From Octopus sinensis (taxonomy: Eukaryota): a stretch of DNA of 64,000 nucleotides. Positions 40,601 to 54,253 of this stretch are shown here, piece after piece. Position 1 is the stretch's first letter. Each line of letters starts with the position of its first letter. The stretch spans positions 9,424,001 through 9,488,000 of the forward strand of contig NC_043006.1 of the NCBI RefSeq assembly GCF_006345805.1, read 5' to 3'. Position numbers and translations under genes: made by a program. The notes beneath the pieces were generated by a model, which was given only the letters and a program-made list of their open reading frames with translations, was not told the DNA's origin and searched no databases.

Positions 40601-40896
40601 GACCATCAAAATCACTGAAATTTAGATATATACATTACGAGTCGACACAGATATCGTCAGCTGACCGGTGTCTGCTACTCTAGGCTGACGAAGGACAATC
40701 ATCCTGAAACACGTGTCCCTAGATGCAGCCCGGGCGGCTGGGGGAATTTGTCTCCCCTTCGTAAATGTATATAAGGACACAGGAAAAAAATTAATTGTCA
40801 AAGCCATCAGGAGGCGTTGATGCTTCCTAGGGCGAAACAGCGGTGGTGAACCCACCCTACTGTCACGTTCGTGCTAGATTGACAGTATACAACCAT
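40601..40896 (+). mobile_element. 296-bp structured HHR-bearing insertion (retrozyme / Penelope terminal-repeat-like)
   Basis: 12-bp TSD GATATCCAGGCT (40589-40600, 40897-40908), an HHR, several hairpins and no ORF. Confidence 0.8.
40679..40723 (+). ncRNA. Minimal type I hammerhead ribozyme
   Basis: UCUAGG-CUGACGA-AGGA(CAAUCA)UCCU-GAAA-C-ACGU-GUC^CCUAGA. Stem I has 6 bp, stem II has 4 bp, stem III is the palindrome ACACGUGU, and cleavage is predicted after 40717. Confidence 0.85.
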
Positions 40897-42582
40897 GATA
40901 TCCAGGCTAGATTACAAAAGTGGCAGGAACGCTGGGACCGGTGTATCACTATATTTCTGTGATTATTTCGAAGGAGATTATGTTAAAACGTAGGTAAATA
41001 ACTTATATTTATTAAACATATCTAGTACGAGAACTTCTTGGATACCACCTCGTATAATATAGGTTCACTGAGAAACTGGTAGGGGGTTAATAGATAGATA
41101 GATAGATAAAGAGATAGCTAGCTAACTAGCGAGATAGATAGATAAGTTGAGTCACGTCTGTCTGCATTTATATATTTATATATGTATATATTTATTTATT
41201 AATTTATTTACATTACTTCAACATCCAAATTTCCTCATTCTACATTGAGAGAAAAACGAGATGGACGCTTCATTTTTATGCTGTTGCCGCATTATATCGT
41301 ACGCGAATGAGAGGATTTGCATCCCCAACCAAGAATTTTTGATGTAATACATGTCCTTGTGGAAGTTGTTGTGCGAGGCTGAAGAAGGCCACAGACATAC
41401 ATTATGCATTGTTATAAATCCGTCTAATAAAGGCCCGAAACATATGTACCGCTGAATCCTTGGCATCATGTTTTTATTTTGAGATAGATAGATAGATAGT
41501 TAGATGATAGAGAGAGATAGATAGACAGATAGTCAAATATATATGTGCATATACATATATAAACATTCTTGCATAACTGGCATTATAAAAGTCTGAAAGT
41601 AAATAGAAAATTCCCAGTTCCTAAATTGATGTTGAATCTCAATAGGGAGCTTGGGTGGAGAGAGAAAGAGCGATAGAGCAGCAAAATGCTACGGAAACGG
41701 ACATAACGCCCACAAAACATGTTGAAATCATAACTTAGGAAGTTGTTTTCCTTGCTTCATTAATGGATGCTTCAGTCATCAATTGTAACCGTTTAAAACC
41801 GGGTCACTCCTTCCACTTTGAAGCACTACGCCAAAACACTTTTACATTCCAAGAGAATGGCATAAACATAAAATAATGTGTAGGGTGACATACTATCTCA
41901 AGTATTTAGAATCGATAATAATGAGGTTATTTATTGCAATATTAAAGTGCAATATTCCTATTGAAGTTAAACTGTCACGGACCTTTCCGAGGGGGAGGAA
42001 TATTGTCATATTATATTATAATTCTATCCGAAACCAATAATAGGATTTCCTTGGTAGGTCTGCTGATATAGCTCCCTGTCCTTTATAAGGGTCAGCTATT
42101 ATTGTCTTCGGCTTTGTATTTGCTTTGCAACATTCTTCATGTTAATTTGTGTCTTGCAATAACACAGGCACAGGTTCAATACCACTCCTTTATTATTAAT
42201 CGACCGGATAAAAATATCTATCCATCTAGTTATCGATAGTCTAACTTGTTGGTTAAACAGTCAATCACGTGTTTATCGTTGTGGTTTGGTGTTGTTGTTG
42301 TTTTGTTATATTTTCGTCAATTTTTTTTTGTTGCCATTTGCAACTCTTCCAGTAACGGAGACTTCCCCACACATTTCGAAGTCTCTATGCTCATAGCAGT
42401 GTATGACATATTTGTACCACAAAATATATTGAAACACATAAAAGCATAAAGACTGAAGCTATAAGTAATGCGAGTATGAACCTCTATGTCGAAACATAGC
42501 GTTCCAAATTACGAACAACTATCTTATATTATTTACATTGTTTATATTTATTGGATATGTTGGTCTCATCTTGTTTGTTGTT

Positions 42583-42628
42583 AACACAACGTTTCGGCTG
42601 ATATACCCTCCAGCCTTCATCAGGTGTC
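42583..42628 (-). ncRNA. Minimal type I hammerhead ribozyme
   Basis: GACAC-CUGAUGA-A-GGCUGG(AGGGUAUA)UCAGCC-GAAA-CG-UU^GUGUU. It has an extra A after A9 and a palindromic ACGU stem III. Confidence 0.7.
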
Positions 42629-42762
42629 TTAGGGAAATTTCGAACCTGGGTTCTAATTCCTAAGGAATAATAATAATAATAATGATAATAACAGCAACAA
42701 AAACAACAACAGCAATAATAATAATAATGATAATATTAATGATAATAATGATAATAATAATA

Positions 42763-42804
<42 letters not shown>

Positions 42805-42867
42805 CAACAACAACAACAACATCGAAAATACCCTAAGAATGAGAATCCACGTTTGAAATTCCCCAAA

Positions 42868-42908
42868 TACACCTGAAGAAGGCTGGGGGGTATATCAGCC
42901 GAAACGTT
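42868..42908 (+). ncRNA. Broken hammerhead (right arm)
   Basis: CUGAAGA core and stem II are intact. The 3' strand of stem I is removed by a deletion after GAAACGUU. Confidence 0.6.
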
Positions 42909-45239
42909 ATACAAATATCGGTCAAATGTAAATAATGTACATAAGACCTCATCTCTTAAATATAGAACTGAACTATCTTATAGTCCATCTCTGTCCTGTG
43001 CGAATTTTCTGTTAAATGAATGAAGTTAATTAATATATAATATTTCGAATGTGTGGAGGCGGCAAAATATTGATAATTACTAGCGTCTACTATTATAATC
43101 AACAGTTGATCTAAGAGACGATGACGAAGGAATGTTGGTAACTATGTTTGTTAATTTGCAAGATATAGTGCAATACTACGCAAAGAATACTAGATGTAGA
43201 TATCTGAGTATATAAAATTGAAATCATGTTTGAAATTGAATAAATGAACATAAATTTCTACTCACAGTTTTCATTTATTTCAATGTCGAATCCCTTATGA
43301 ATATTGTGTCAGCCAGGTGTGTATAAAACTGTAGAGCATAGAGAAATTGCGGTCCCTACTGTAAGACTTGCAAATCTGGTGGATAAATAGAAAATCAGCT
43401 AAGGATGCAAATGGCGAATAATGTATTCATTCGCAAATTTATCTGAAGATAAATGACTAATGGCAGTTTTCTGTATGCACACGATTACGCAGTATTCAAC
43501 GTGAAGCTAAGTCAATGTATAAGTAGGAATGTGATTCCATCTATGAAGTAAAAAACTGATGGAATTCTATGTATTGTAAAATATCAGAAATATATGTAAG
43601 CGTACACTAAATATTTCAAGATAATTTTAAAAAGCTATTAAGGTATGAGTTAAAGGAGCACATTTTTGAAGATGTTTTATCATTTGAAAGGATCAGTGCT
43701 TCGGAATTATATTTGATTATTTCCTGTCAGGTTAGATTGAATATAAGCAATATATTACTCTGTTATACATTCTATGTGAAGGAAATAAAATACTTTCTTG
43801 GAATAAGAGAGAACTGGCAGTCGTTTCTCGGTTCGTCCTTAGATTTGTAGTACTTTTGGATTTAAATTATATGTTCTATGAATCTATGTTCTATGTATCT
43901 AAGAAATCTCCATATAGAAAGGTCTTTAATCTTAATACCATATTCCAATTTGTGTGAATCATTTTCGATATTTACGTGCAGTCACTTATAATTTATAGCA
44001 TCGGAGGTTGTCATAACAAGCAATAGCTTTGATTGCTTAGAAGTGGATATATTTAAGGTGTAAGCATCTGTTGTATTGTAAGAATACCAACATGATTTTA
44101 TCGAAAAGTTTATTTTGTGATGCGTATGAACCTTTGTTTAACAAGCGGAATGTGGTAGCAACAAAAAATGTCGACAATCTGGTATACCCGTAGATCATAT
44201 CAGGACATGGTTTTAGTATTGCTGCTGGTTATATGTCTTATTTTAACAATAAAAATCTACACAAGTAAGGGTAACTTGTTAACACTAAGTGACATTGATG
44301 ACATTTTCAGTGCCAAACACTTTGAGCAAAATATTTAGTCACAGTTGTTCAAAAATATTCTGTGCTGGATAAGTGATATAACAAATAATATATTTGATAT
44401 TTTCAGTGTGGAAAACTTTTGGTGTTATTGCGTTTTAGCGTTATGTTTCTAAGATATGCTTCAAAAATTGGAAAGTATTGAGGTCTAAAATATTTAATCA
44501 TTAAATACCTTGAATTTACGGAGATGTACTTGCATAGCAAGTGACCTGATCAGGGATCGTGTGCTGGAAGGAAAACAATTGCAGCGTGGACGGCATTTAT
44601 CAGTAATTTAAGAAACACAAACAAAATCCGTTAGATTCACTTCGACATTTAAATTTAATTTGTCAAAATATTCTCTTTAACATTTAAATTTAATTTGTGA
44701 AAATACTTTCGTCGCTTTGAGACCACTGACAAAATTATGCTTCAATATCATGGAATTTAGAGGATATCGTATGCAAACTATGACATCACTAACATAACTT
44801 GTAATGTTAGTCCGTAAGTTTATATGATGGCGAATGTTGCGACTCGTATTTGAAAAGGTTTTATATGTATGTTGGTAGATTTCGAGGCATGGGGCATTTA
44901 CAATCAATAATCAATTTATATCCGAAAGAATACCAACGATATCATTTAAGCCAAACCTCGAAAATTAATAAACCCTATAGAGTAGAATATGAAAGCTCAG
45001 TTATTACGGAAATAGCGCTAATAATATCAATTCATCTACAGTTATAGAGCAAAGCAATATGTGAAGCGAGGTTTTAACGAACTAATAAATTATATGTATT
45101 TGTGTAGCGGCGTATCGAGTATTTAATATTGGTTCTTCAGAAATGATTACACATCCATCAGTTAAGATCAAGAGCCATGATATCCATTGTCTGGTTATTC
45201 TTCTTCTTAATATTCGTATCATTTCGTTTGACTAAGGTC

Positions 45240-45510
45240 ACCCTTATTCTTGGTAGAAGTTTTAAGGTTAGTGGGTTTCTAACTCTAACCGTATGTAACC
45301 ACAAGTTTTCAGTAGTATTTCGAGTGCTTAGAACCCTCCCAATAATTTTTGCTGTTCCTGAGCGACAAACTTTCTGTATGAGTTCTACAGGGTATTATTT
45401 TCCAACCTCCTTCAGCCATTCGTCTATATATTTGCTATCTGTTTCCGATCCACTAATTATTGTAGGCACGAATTTTATAGCCCTCATACTTCAAATTCTT
45501 CCTATTTCAA
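45240..45510 (-). mobile_element. R4/Dong-like LINE 3' relic (end of the restriction-like endonuclease domain)
   Basis: Reverse-strand peptide IKFVPTIISGSETDSKYIDEWLKEVGK*YPVELIQKVCRSGTAKIIGRVLST. Confidence 0.65.
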
Positions 45511-45559
45511 ATATGAAGGATTGAAATTTTTCTTTTTCTTTTCGACCTATTTCTTCTTA

Positions 45560-46740
45560 TTGTTATATTTATGGAACCGTTGTGTTCCGCTAGTTCGACA
45601 GACCATCTGCTGTCAGCAGGTACAGAGTGAAAGACCTAGAATTCTCTGACAAAGGATTCGCAGACATGCGCTGAGGATACGACATCTCCAGCCATTCCTC
45701 AATAATGAGCAGCTGTGGTTACCGTTTATGAGACAGTTCGTCCCATTGACAGAGCTACAGACCTGGATCGAACGTAGACCGAGAATAGGCGCATGGCACC
45801 TGGAGAATCGACAAGCGCTTACAGTCCTCTAACAGTCAGGCAATGGGCCGTTAGAAGTCCCACATTGGAGTTCTATAGAGGATTGGTGGTGGGGAAGAGG
45901 GACAAACATCCTCAGTGAGATTCTGTGTGTCAGAAGGAATCCATTGACTGGTCCTTTCGGGTCAGAGCCTATGGAAATCTCCCAGAAATCCCTGGCCGGG
46001 CAGTGTCACCGGGAAAGGGGTGCTCAACCGGATCGAGACAATCTCCACAGGCACGGACGTGCCGTCAGATGGATCTGTCTGAGATGTGCGGATGGTGACG
46101 AAACTGTTCTGCATGCACTTCATTGGTCTTGAGGAGCCTTATTGAGCAGTTGTTGACGTGAGTAAGACGGACCCGGCTATCTGCCAAGTTCATAGTGAGT
46201 ATCGCCCTGCGGTCTTCTTTTGGCCGGGAGGAAAATGGAGTATTTCTCTTGCCTGGTGGCTATAGCGAAATATGTAATGTGGTGGACGAGACAAGGAGGG
46301 ATAAAGACAGATACTTTTCTCTTCAGCCAAGCCCTCACTTACTTTCCCAAGTTCCACTTGAAAAGGAAAGTGAGGTTGAAAACGGAGTACTACTCCCAGT
46401 AACTTTGTTGAAATGTGAGTGAATGTGGGCAAAAATGGCCTGAGTGAATGGGCCTATTCTGAACATTCGCTTGTAGGCCACAGCATTTGAGAGGAAGTGG
46501 GGTGCCTGTTTGAGGTGCCCTTGGCTGGTGGGGTGACCAGGATATTTTGGGTACCTTAGTCGGCTCTGAGTCGAACTCCTCCATATCGGAGATATTAGTT
46601 GCTAGAATTTTTCTTCTTAATTCTCATTGTTATTTTATTGCTTACTCGATTTTTACATTAACACTTACGTGCCCATTCATTTGTGTTGTCCTTATGTGTG
46701 TTGTTCTTATTTGTGCTAGAAGGAAATTAGATAACATTAT
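45560..46740 (+). mobile_element. L1/Tx1-type ORF2 C-terminus and 3' UTR, 5'-truncated, degenerate
   Basis: zf-RVT-like RDNLHRHGRAVRWICLRCADGDETVLHAL and CLVAIAKYVMWWTR...FHLKRKVRL, followed by a T-rich UTR. Confidence 0.7.
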
Positions 46741-46744
46741 AAGT

Positions 46745-47345
46745 AATGATACCAGTGGTACCTGTCCTAGATATAGAAACAAAGACTGGAATAGGATACA
46801 AAGAATTTGTGACAAAGCAAACAACGCGAACATGTGGCATAAATCCGACAAATATCAATGACTGATGTTTGTAGAGGCCGCAACACACGGAGAAGTTGCA
46901 CGTAGATTTAGAAATGCCCTCAAGGAGACCAAACTTAACATTAAGTTTATTGAAAGTCTAGGGAACTCCGTCAGATTACGACATATGTAGGACGTACCCC
47001 TTTGAGAATACCATATGCACCAATGATAACTGCATATGTAGGTTAGCCCTGGCATTAACTGTAGAACTAGAAATATAGTTTACGGCATAAGATGCATAGA
47101 AGATGCTTGTAAATACATGAACATGGCATACATAGGGGAGACATCTAGGAGCATCGCAGAACGACTAAATTACCATTTGAGACAATAGGACGACAAAACA
47201 AACAGTCCTCCACACTCTACCGACATGGAGTCAACCTGGGTCAACGTAACATCCGCATCTTATCCAAGCACCCAAAAGACCCAACACTCAGACAAACGCA
47301 GGATTTCATCCTCATAAATGAAACTTCCCCAATACTAAATAGGAA
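46745..47345 (+). mobile_element. Penelope-like element, GIY-YIG endonuclease relic
   Basis: 47054-47185 reads INCRTRNIVYGIRC...AYIGETSRSIAERLNYH. It is preceded by LMFVEAATHGEVARRFRNALKETKLNIKFIE and followed by HPKDPTLRQ...PILNRK. Confidence 0.8.
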
Positions 47346-47419
47346 ATATATATATATAGTAGATTTCATACCCGCATAACCAAGGTTTACACAGGTGTGT
47401 GTGTGTGGGGATGGGTGTA

Positions 47420-47830
47420 AGTTTATATATGTAAATGCACACGTACATAAACAAATGGATATGAAAGTAAATAGATCAACATACTGACGGCTAGGTTATA
47501 TGAACAGACAAGCACACGTATCCACAAATACACAAATGGAGACTGAAGCGCATGACCATATATATATATATACATACACACACTCAGACCTGCCCCAAAA
47601 GGAGATAGATGTACACACACGCATGCGCACACATATCCCTAAAAACACACAAACAAGGACACGCAAACGCATGAATATGCAGAATACATACATTCAAATA
47701 TACACACATACTTATATACATATGCACACGCACAATACATGCATACACACACATACATACATACATGCATACATACATACATGCATGGTTAGGTACACAC
47801 ACACACACTGACCTACACACATGCTCACAA
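47420..47830. repeat. CA/TACA-rich low-complexity tract
   Basis: Direct. Confidence 0.75.
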
Positions 47831-48066
47831 ACAAAGAAAAGGAAACTCAGTGTGAATAATTAGGGAAGAGGTGCAAGACGCAACGAAAATTTTAGAAAAA
47901 AAAGGAAATAAGTGGAAATTTTATCTGTGAGGTGTTAACTTATAAGGCACTGAAAGTGAGTGACTTTCCCCAGGTAAAACAGAATATATTTTGGGCATTT
48001 TGTTAATGAGCTATACTCCATTTAAGACTATAATATCAAATATCTTCCTACTACACTACAGCTACA

Positions 48067-48577
48067 TCTATATATATAAAACTGTAGTTGTGTGAGTGTC
48101 TGTCCCCTTCGATTTAGATTCCTAACTACTCCCACATTTGGCGGTGCAGTTTAACCAAATTCGGGTATCTTATAGTCGTAATTCATATCGAGCCCGTCTG
48201 AATATTAGCGCGCGTTTTCGATGAGTCTACGATTTTAAAAAATAATTTAACATCATTTTTTATTCCATTTTAATGCATAATTTTTCGTGTGTCGATGGCG
48301 GCGGAGTTGGCGCCATGGTCACACCTGCACCTGTTTGCTTCTCCCCTTCTTCCCTCCCTCGTGAAGCTGTGGGGAAGGGAGTGTAAGGAAATCAACGTCG
48401 TAAAGCGTTGTCAAGGAGACCAGCGTTCTTTTAGAACAACGACTTCATGGCTTGAAGACACCAAAGCAGAATGGCTAAGAAAGCCCGAATTGGCATCTAT
48501 AAGGGAAGTGACACTCTAAAAATGCTTATATAGTTATTTCCCTTACAAACCCGAGCAACGCCGGGCGATACTGCTAG
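48067..48577 (+). mobile_element. Non-autonomous Helitron (511 bp)
   Basis: A|TCTATATATATAAA start, hairpin at 48550-48565, CTAG|T end, no TSD. Confidence 0.85.
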
Positions 48578-48993
48578 TATGTTATATAACAGTAATATTT
48601 ATTTTGCTGTTTTATGTACGTGAAACGATATATAATTCTTCCGGCACTTGCACTAAAAGATGTCTTCATGACCTGCTGCTATATCGAATTCCATAGCCTT
48701 TGTTATAGAAATAATGAAATTAATAATTAAAAATATTAAAACCTATAACTGGAATACAGGAAAAAGAAGAAAGCAAGAAGAAATATATCTAAAGAACAAA
48801 CATATCCTCCGAGAATTAGGAAAACTAAATCTAATGCAGGAGTTATTGATACGTTATATATAGATATTCCTTAATTGCCTTCTAATTGCAGTGAACCACC
48901 CTTCAATTCTAACTATTACCAAACGCCTCCATATCGATACGTGTATATTTGCAGATTTCCTTCTAGGTAAGTTTTTGTTAACTCTCAAAATCC

Positions 48994-49495
<502 letters not shown>

Positions 49496-50082
49496 ACACA
49501 ACGACTCTTCTGCATTTCAAAAAGTGTATGTTGAAAAATTGATAAATGTTAATAGTAAAATGAAGCATAATTTCAAATTCTGTCTTTCTTAAATTTAATG
49601 TGTATTTTATAACTAACGTAGTGGACTTGAAACGATGTATTTACTGGATCTATATGAAAGTGCGTCGTTATAACTGGAGTTACGATTCGTTTTATTCAGT
49701 TGTCTTGACATATGCGTCTCGCTCTTCCGTTGGGTTTTAGACTTTTACATAACTATCGTAAGAGGTGATGGATAACGCAAATTTACTTACATGTAACAGT
49801 AAATTACTATCCTCACTAAGCAAATGTATATGGTGAGCAAATCTAATTGCATTGTAATTTCGATATATCCCTAAGTTACATAAGACAACATTTGGTTAAT
49901 ATCAAAAACGCCGTCACCGCACTGTCATGTTTATGAAATTTGCGGCAAGCTAATCCTAACATAGTATTCGTAGGTAGTTTCGTTATTGATTTCTATCTAT
50001 AAACACAATGAATTTCCTGTAACGTATGAATTCTATGATCTCATCATCTATTTATATTTAGATAAAATTGTATGGTTTCATT

Positions 50083-50496
50083 AGGCGCAGGAGTAGCTGT
50101 GTGGTAATTAGCTTGTTTACCAGCCACATGGTTCCGGGTTCAGTCCCACTGCGTGGCACCTTGTGCAAGTGTCTTCTACTATAGCCTCGGGCCGACCAAA
50201 GCCTTGTGAGTGGATTTGGTAGACGGAAACTGAAAGAAGCCCGTCGTATATATGTATATGGATATATATGCGTGTGTGTTTGCGTGTCTGTGTTTGTCCC
50301 CCTAGCATTGCTTGGCAACCGATGCTGGTGAGTTTATGTCTCCGTAACTTAGCGGTTCGGCAAAAGAGACCGATAGAATAAGTACTGGGTTTACAAAAGA
50401 ATAAGTCCCGGGGTCGAGTTACTCGATTAAAGGCGGTGTTCCAGCATGGCCGCAGTCAAATGACTGAAACAAGTAAAAGAGTAAAAGACTAAAAGA
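50083..50496 (+). mobile_element. Family B SINE, full length
   Basis: Head AGGCGCAGGAGTAGCTGTGTGG, B-box GGGTTCAGTCCC, CORE-like GCACCTTG.GCAAGTGTCTT and (GTAAAA)n tail. Confidence 0.9.
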
Positions 50497-50704
50497 TATT
50501 ATTAGTGGGAATAGATTACTTATTTATTCGTGATACACATAGATCTAGTTTATAATATTATCATTAATTCATTTTGCTGTTTCACTGTTGGTGAGTGTGA
50601 CTTCGATAAGAAAATAATCCAGAGTAAACAAAAGTCAATAAGAGAGTAAGGGATGTTTCAACCTTCTCAACATCCTCCACGATTTTATTAGCTGAGGGTA
50701 TATA

Positions 50705-50924
50705 TATTTCTTTACTACCCACAAGGGGCTAAACACAGAGGGGACAAACAAGGACAGACAAAGCGATTAAGTCTATTCCATCGACCCCAGTGCGTAACTG
50801 GTACTTAATTTATCGACCCCGAAAGGATGAAAGGCAAAGTCGACCTCGGCGGAATTTGAACTCAGAACGTAACGGTAGACGAAATACGGCTTCGCATTTC
50901 GCCCGGCGTGCTACCGTTTCTGCC
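50705..50924 (-). mobile_element. Family A SINE, slightly 5'-truncated
   Basis: Reverse complement of 1174-1410. Confidence 0.9.
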
Positions 50925-51899
50925 ACAACAACAAACTGATGCCCGTTGAAATACAAACACACAACTCATGCAGGTCTTTAAAAGCGTATATTTTGTTATA
51001 ATTGATTGAATGGCTGCTGACAGTCCTCTCCCGACTAATGATATGAACAAGGATTTCTGTATTAATTACCACTTACAATGTATTGAAAATGTGTTCTAAC
51101 CAATGGGTGATAAGCTTTCCTAAAGGTACACACACCCAATGCACATCTGATACGACCTTTATCGGAGAGAATCTTCTAAAGAAACATCAATTTTGTATAC
51201 TACATTTCATGCTTCCGATCAAGTTTTCGTACTCATGGAGTAACAGTTGCGTATATACAGGATAGATGTTAATCAAAAATAATTTGGTGAATGAGAAATT
51301 AATATCTTTTTACGTAGGAAAAAAGAATTTTGAAGTCACAGCCATTACATTCTTATGTTGTTCTATGGAAACACATCTAAAATTGTGTGTACCGTTGCCT
51401 AAATTTATTATAATAATGAAATTATTGTATACAGTGCTCAGGTGCACCACAACTTGTCAAAGGTGCGTATAAAGCATATGCAATAATGTACAAATGTCTG
51501 GAAAGTGAACAGTGTATGAGTCAGATACATGCTTGTGTGTTTGTATGGAGGGGAGAAAATCAGGTGTTGTATTGGCGAATTATGTTAGAGATGTAAAGAT
51601 GAAAAATTCCTTTTTAGGGATGCGATAATATGATTTCAACATATGAGAGATGTAAATTTTTTACGGTATGAGAAAACATAATATTCATCGTCCTACATCG
51701 GAGGAAAATCAAACAAGTTAAGGTTATTTGAAATTCAATCTATTGACGTTTCCTATTTACCGATATATTATCTGAAATCTCTTGGTATGACTACGAATTA
51801 GTTAAAAGAAACTATTGATAGGATAACAAGTCAATTTTTGATTCGCAATACATCATTTCCTAAAGATACATCACAGTGTTCTGGGAAATATATATAGGT

Positions 51900-51914
51900 T
51901 TGTATGTATGTATG

Positions 51915-51979
<65 letters not shown>

Positions 51980-52012
51980 TGCGTATGTATGTATGTATGT
52001 ACGTGTATATAT
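51900..52012. repeat. (TA)n/(TATG)n microsatellite
   Basis: Direct. Confidence 0.9.
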
Positions 52013-53997
52013 ACGTAAATATCGAACAATGTGAATGAGTGTTTCTGTAAGCAACCCCTAGATAAATGGAGGATTATTGCTAAAGCAGAAAATACAGGGG
52101 ACAGGGTGTCAAATGTGAGTTTTGCATTACTGTAAAACTGGACATCATCCAATCAAACGATATCATCTTAAACATTAGCGATGAAACCTTGCATTTTTGC
52201 ATATATAATCAATGTTTTATACTCCGACATTTCAAAGAGGAACCACCACCGATAATGTTTTTTTTTTTTAACGAAAACATTTCATATATACCTCATGAAT
52301 TATGCAGAAAGAAGACACATCTCTCAATAAACGAACATGCAAATATTACAAATACCTATGACACTACACAATATAAACAAAATTATTCATTCTGAACAAT
52401 ATTTTCCAAATGTGAAACCCAACAGAGAAAATCATTCAAGAGTTCTTACCCAAGTATTACCCCTTTGATTTTTTGTTTTTGTTTACCAATAATTCTCGTG
52501 ACGATATGTTGTGAATTCTCGTGTTTTGGTTTTCGTCTTTTAATCCAAGAAACGATCACCAATTTCTCTCTATGATCGATTTCAATAATCATTAAGATAT
52601 TTTCTCAACATGAAAACAATGGCAGCCTTATTACACCTCTGCACCCTATTTTAGTATGTATTACATGCCATAATGTACTGCATATTTGTTGGGCCAAGGT
52701 ATTTTTCTGCAAAACCGGCTTAATGCAAGTATCACAATCTATACACCCTATGTTGATAGTTTACATAGATACAGGAAAATAAAAAAAAAATTTAAAAATG
52801 AAACAATATGCAATTCCACCGTTCTATCGCACGTTCTAATAGTTTATTTATCTTGTATCTACATCCGACAATGGAATTAATAAAATATCAAATATTTTTA
52901 TTAGAAATAATTCAAAATATTTGGAATATAACTTTTAGAATATTATCTCCTCGAATATCCGAAGTAAAGGTATTAATGGAATATTCATGTAAAGATATAA
53001 AGGTAAACCACACACATTTTGTAATTATATTTTGCTCTTGTTACATAACATTAGAACATGTTATGATGCAAGCAAAACAGATTCGCGGGCGGAATTTATT
53101 GCTAAGATATTGTTTCGTACCGCCATGGCTTTCGTGTTATCTAAATACAATGGAGAGTGTGCCTAACCCGAGGCCTTGCTAATGAAATATCTCTATGTTG
53201 CTGTTAATGATCTAAATAAACACAACGCTTTTATCGAAAATAACAGTTATAAATCATTGTCGAATATAAAACAGACTGAAATTATGAAAATTTCTCCGCA
53301 ATAAAATCTGAACGAAAATATAGCTGAAAATTTGATATTATGATAGCCATAAAGAAAACTTCTCACAAGCCTCTGTCGCTCATCAATAAATAATTTAGCT
53401 GTATACCTGCCAACCTTACTTCAAACTGACAATGTATTTTTGCTTTTACATTTATTTAACATTACAATAAAGCCTACAGAAAATTATATACGCGAAAGAC
53501 AAAAGAGCAGTTCCTTGCACGTCTGCCAAATTCCAATCAACCGTGATTTTAGTTACTCTAGCAACTGCGAAATGTTTCCCAAGGGAATACACTCATTCAT
53601 AATTGAAATAAATATAATATATTACAAATGCCCAGCTACCATCGACATACTGGTATTCCCAGGGATATATTTTTATCCATATACTCATAAGAATGACTAT
53701 AAATCTAACAAAATATTTTCATTAAGTGAAGACACAGCATAGAGCACGCACACATTTCATTAAAGGAATGCTAAACTTGAAGGTACAAGAGTCAATGCTT
53801 AGTAAGTTCTGTATGCTATTGCGAAATTACGATATAAATGGCCGAGATAAATTTGTTGGTTTAAAATTAGATTACAGCTAAACAATGATGTATTAACCTA
53901 CGGTCTCGGATTTTTACTTAGCGTCATAAACATTAATAAATACTGGTGAGAGTAAGAACAGAATTCATAGTGTGGACCTAGTCTGTTCGGTTGAAAT

Positions 53998-54253
53998 ATG
54001 TGTATATGTATGTAATATGTATGTATGTAAGTATGTATATATATACATATATATATATATACCCATATACGTACATGTATACATATATATATATATATAT
54101 ATATACATATATATGCATATATATATGCATGTATATATATATATCTATCTATGTATATATATATGCATATACACATGCCTATCGCTCTATCTATCTACCT
54201 ACATATCTATCTATCTGTCAATCAATGTCTCTCTCTCACTCTCTCACTCTCTC

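Larger units (their letters stand above)
40053..41054 (+). mobile_element. Mariner transposon relic, internally deleted, with a nested 296-bp insertion
   Basis: TA-flanked ~32-bp TIRs (23/32 ungapped matches). Peptides ANVKVCVKLGKSST, ILHDDNVPCH, LPPHPLFLPNL (YSPDL region) and QKWQERWDRCI..DYFEGD. Confidence 0.85.
42529..42970. mobile_element. Palindromic double-HHR element, copy with the centre deleted
   Basis: Inverted arms (42529-42665 and ~42818-42970) around (AAT/AAC)n. 12-bp TSD AACTATCTTATA (42517-42528, 42971-42982). Confidence 0.8.
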
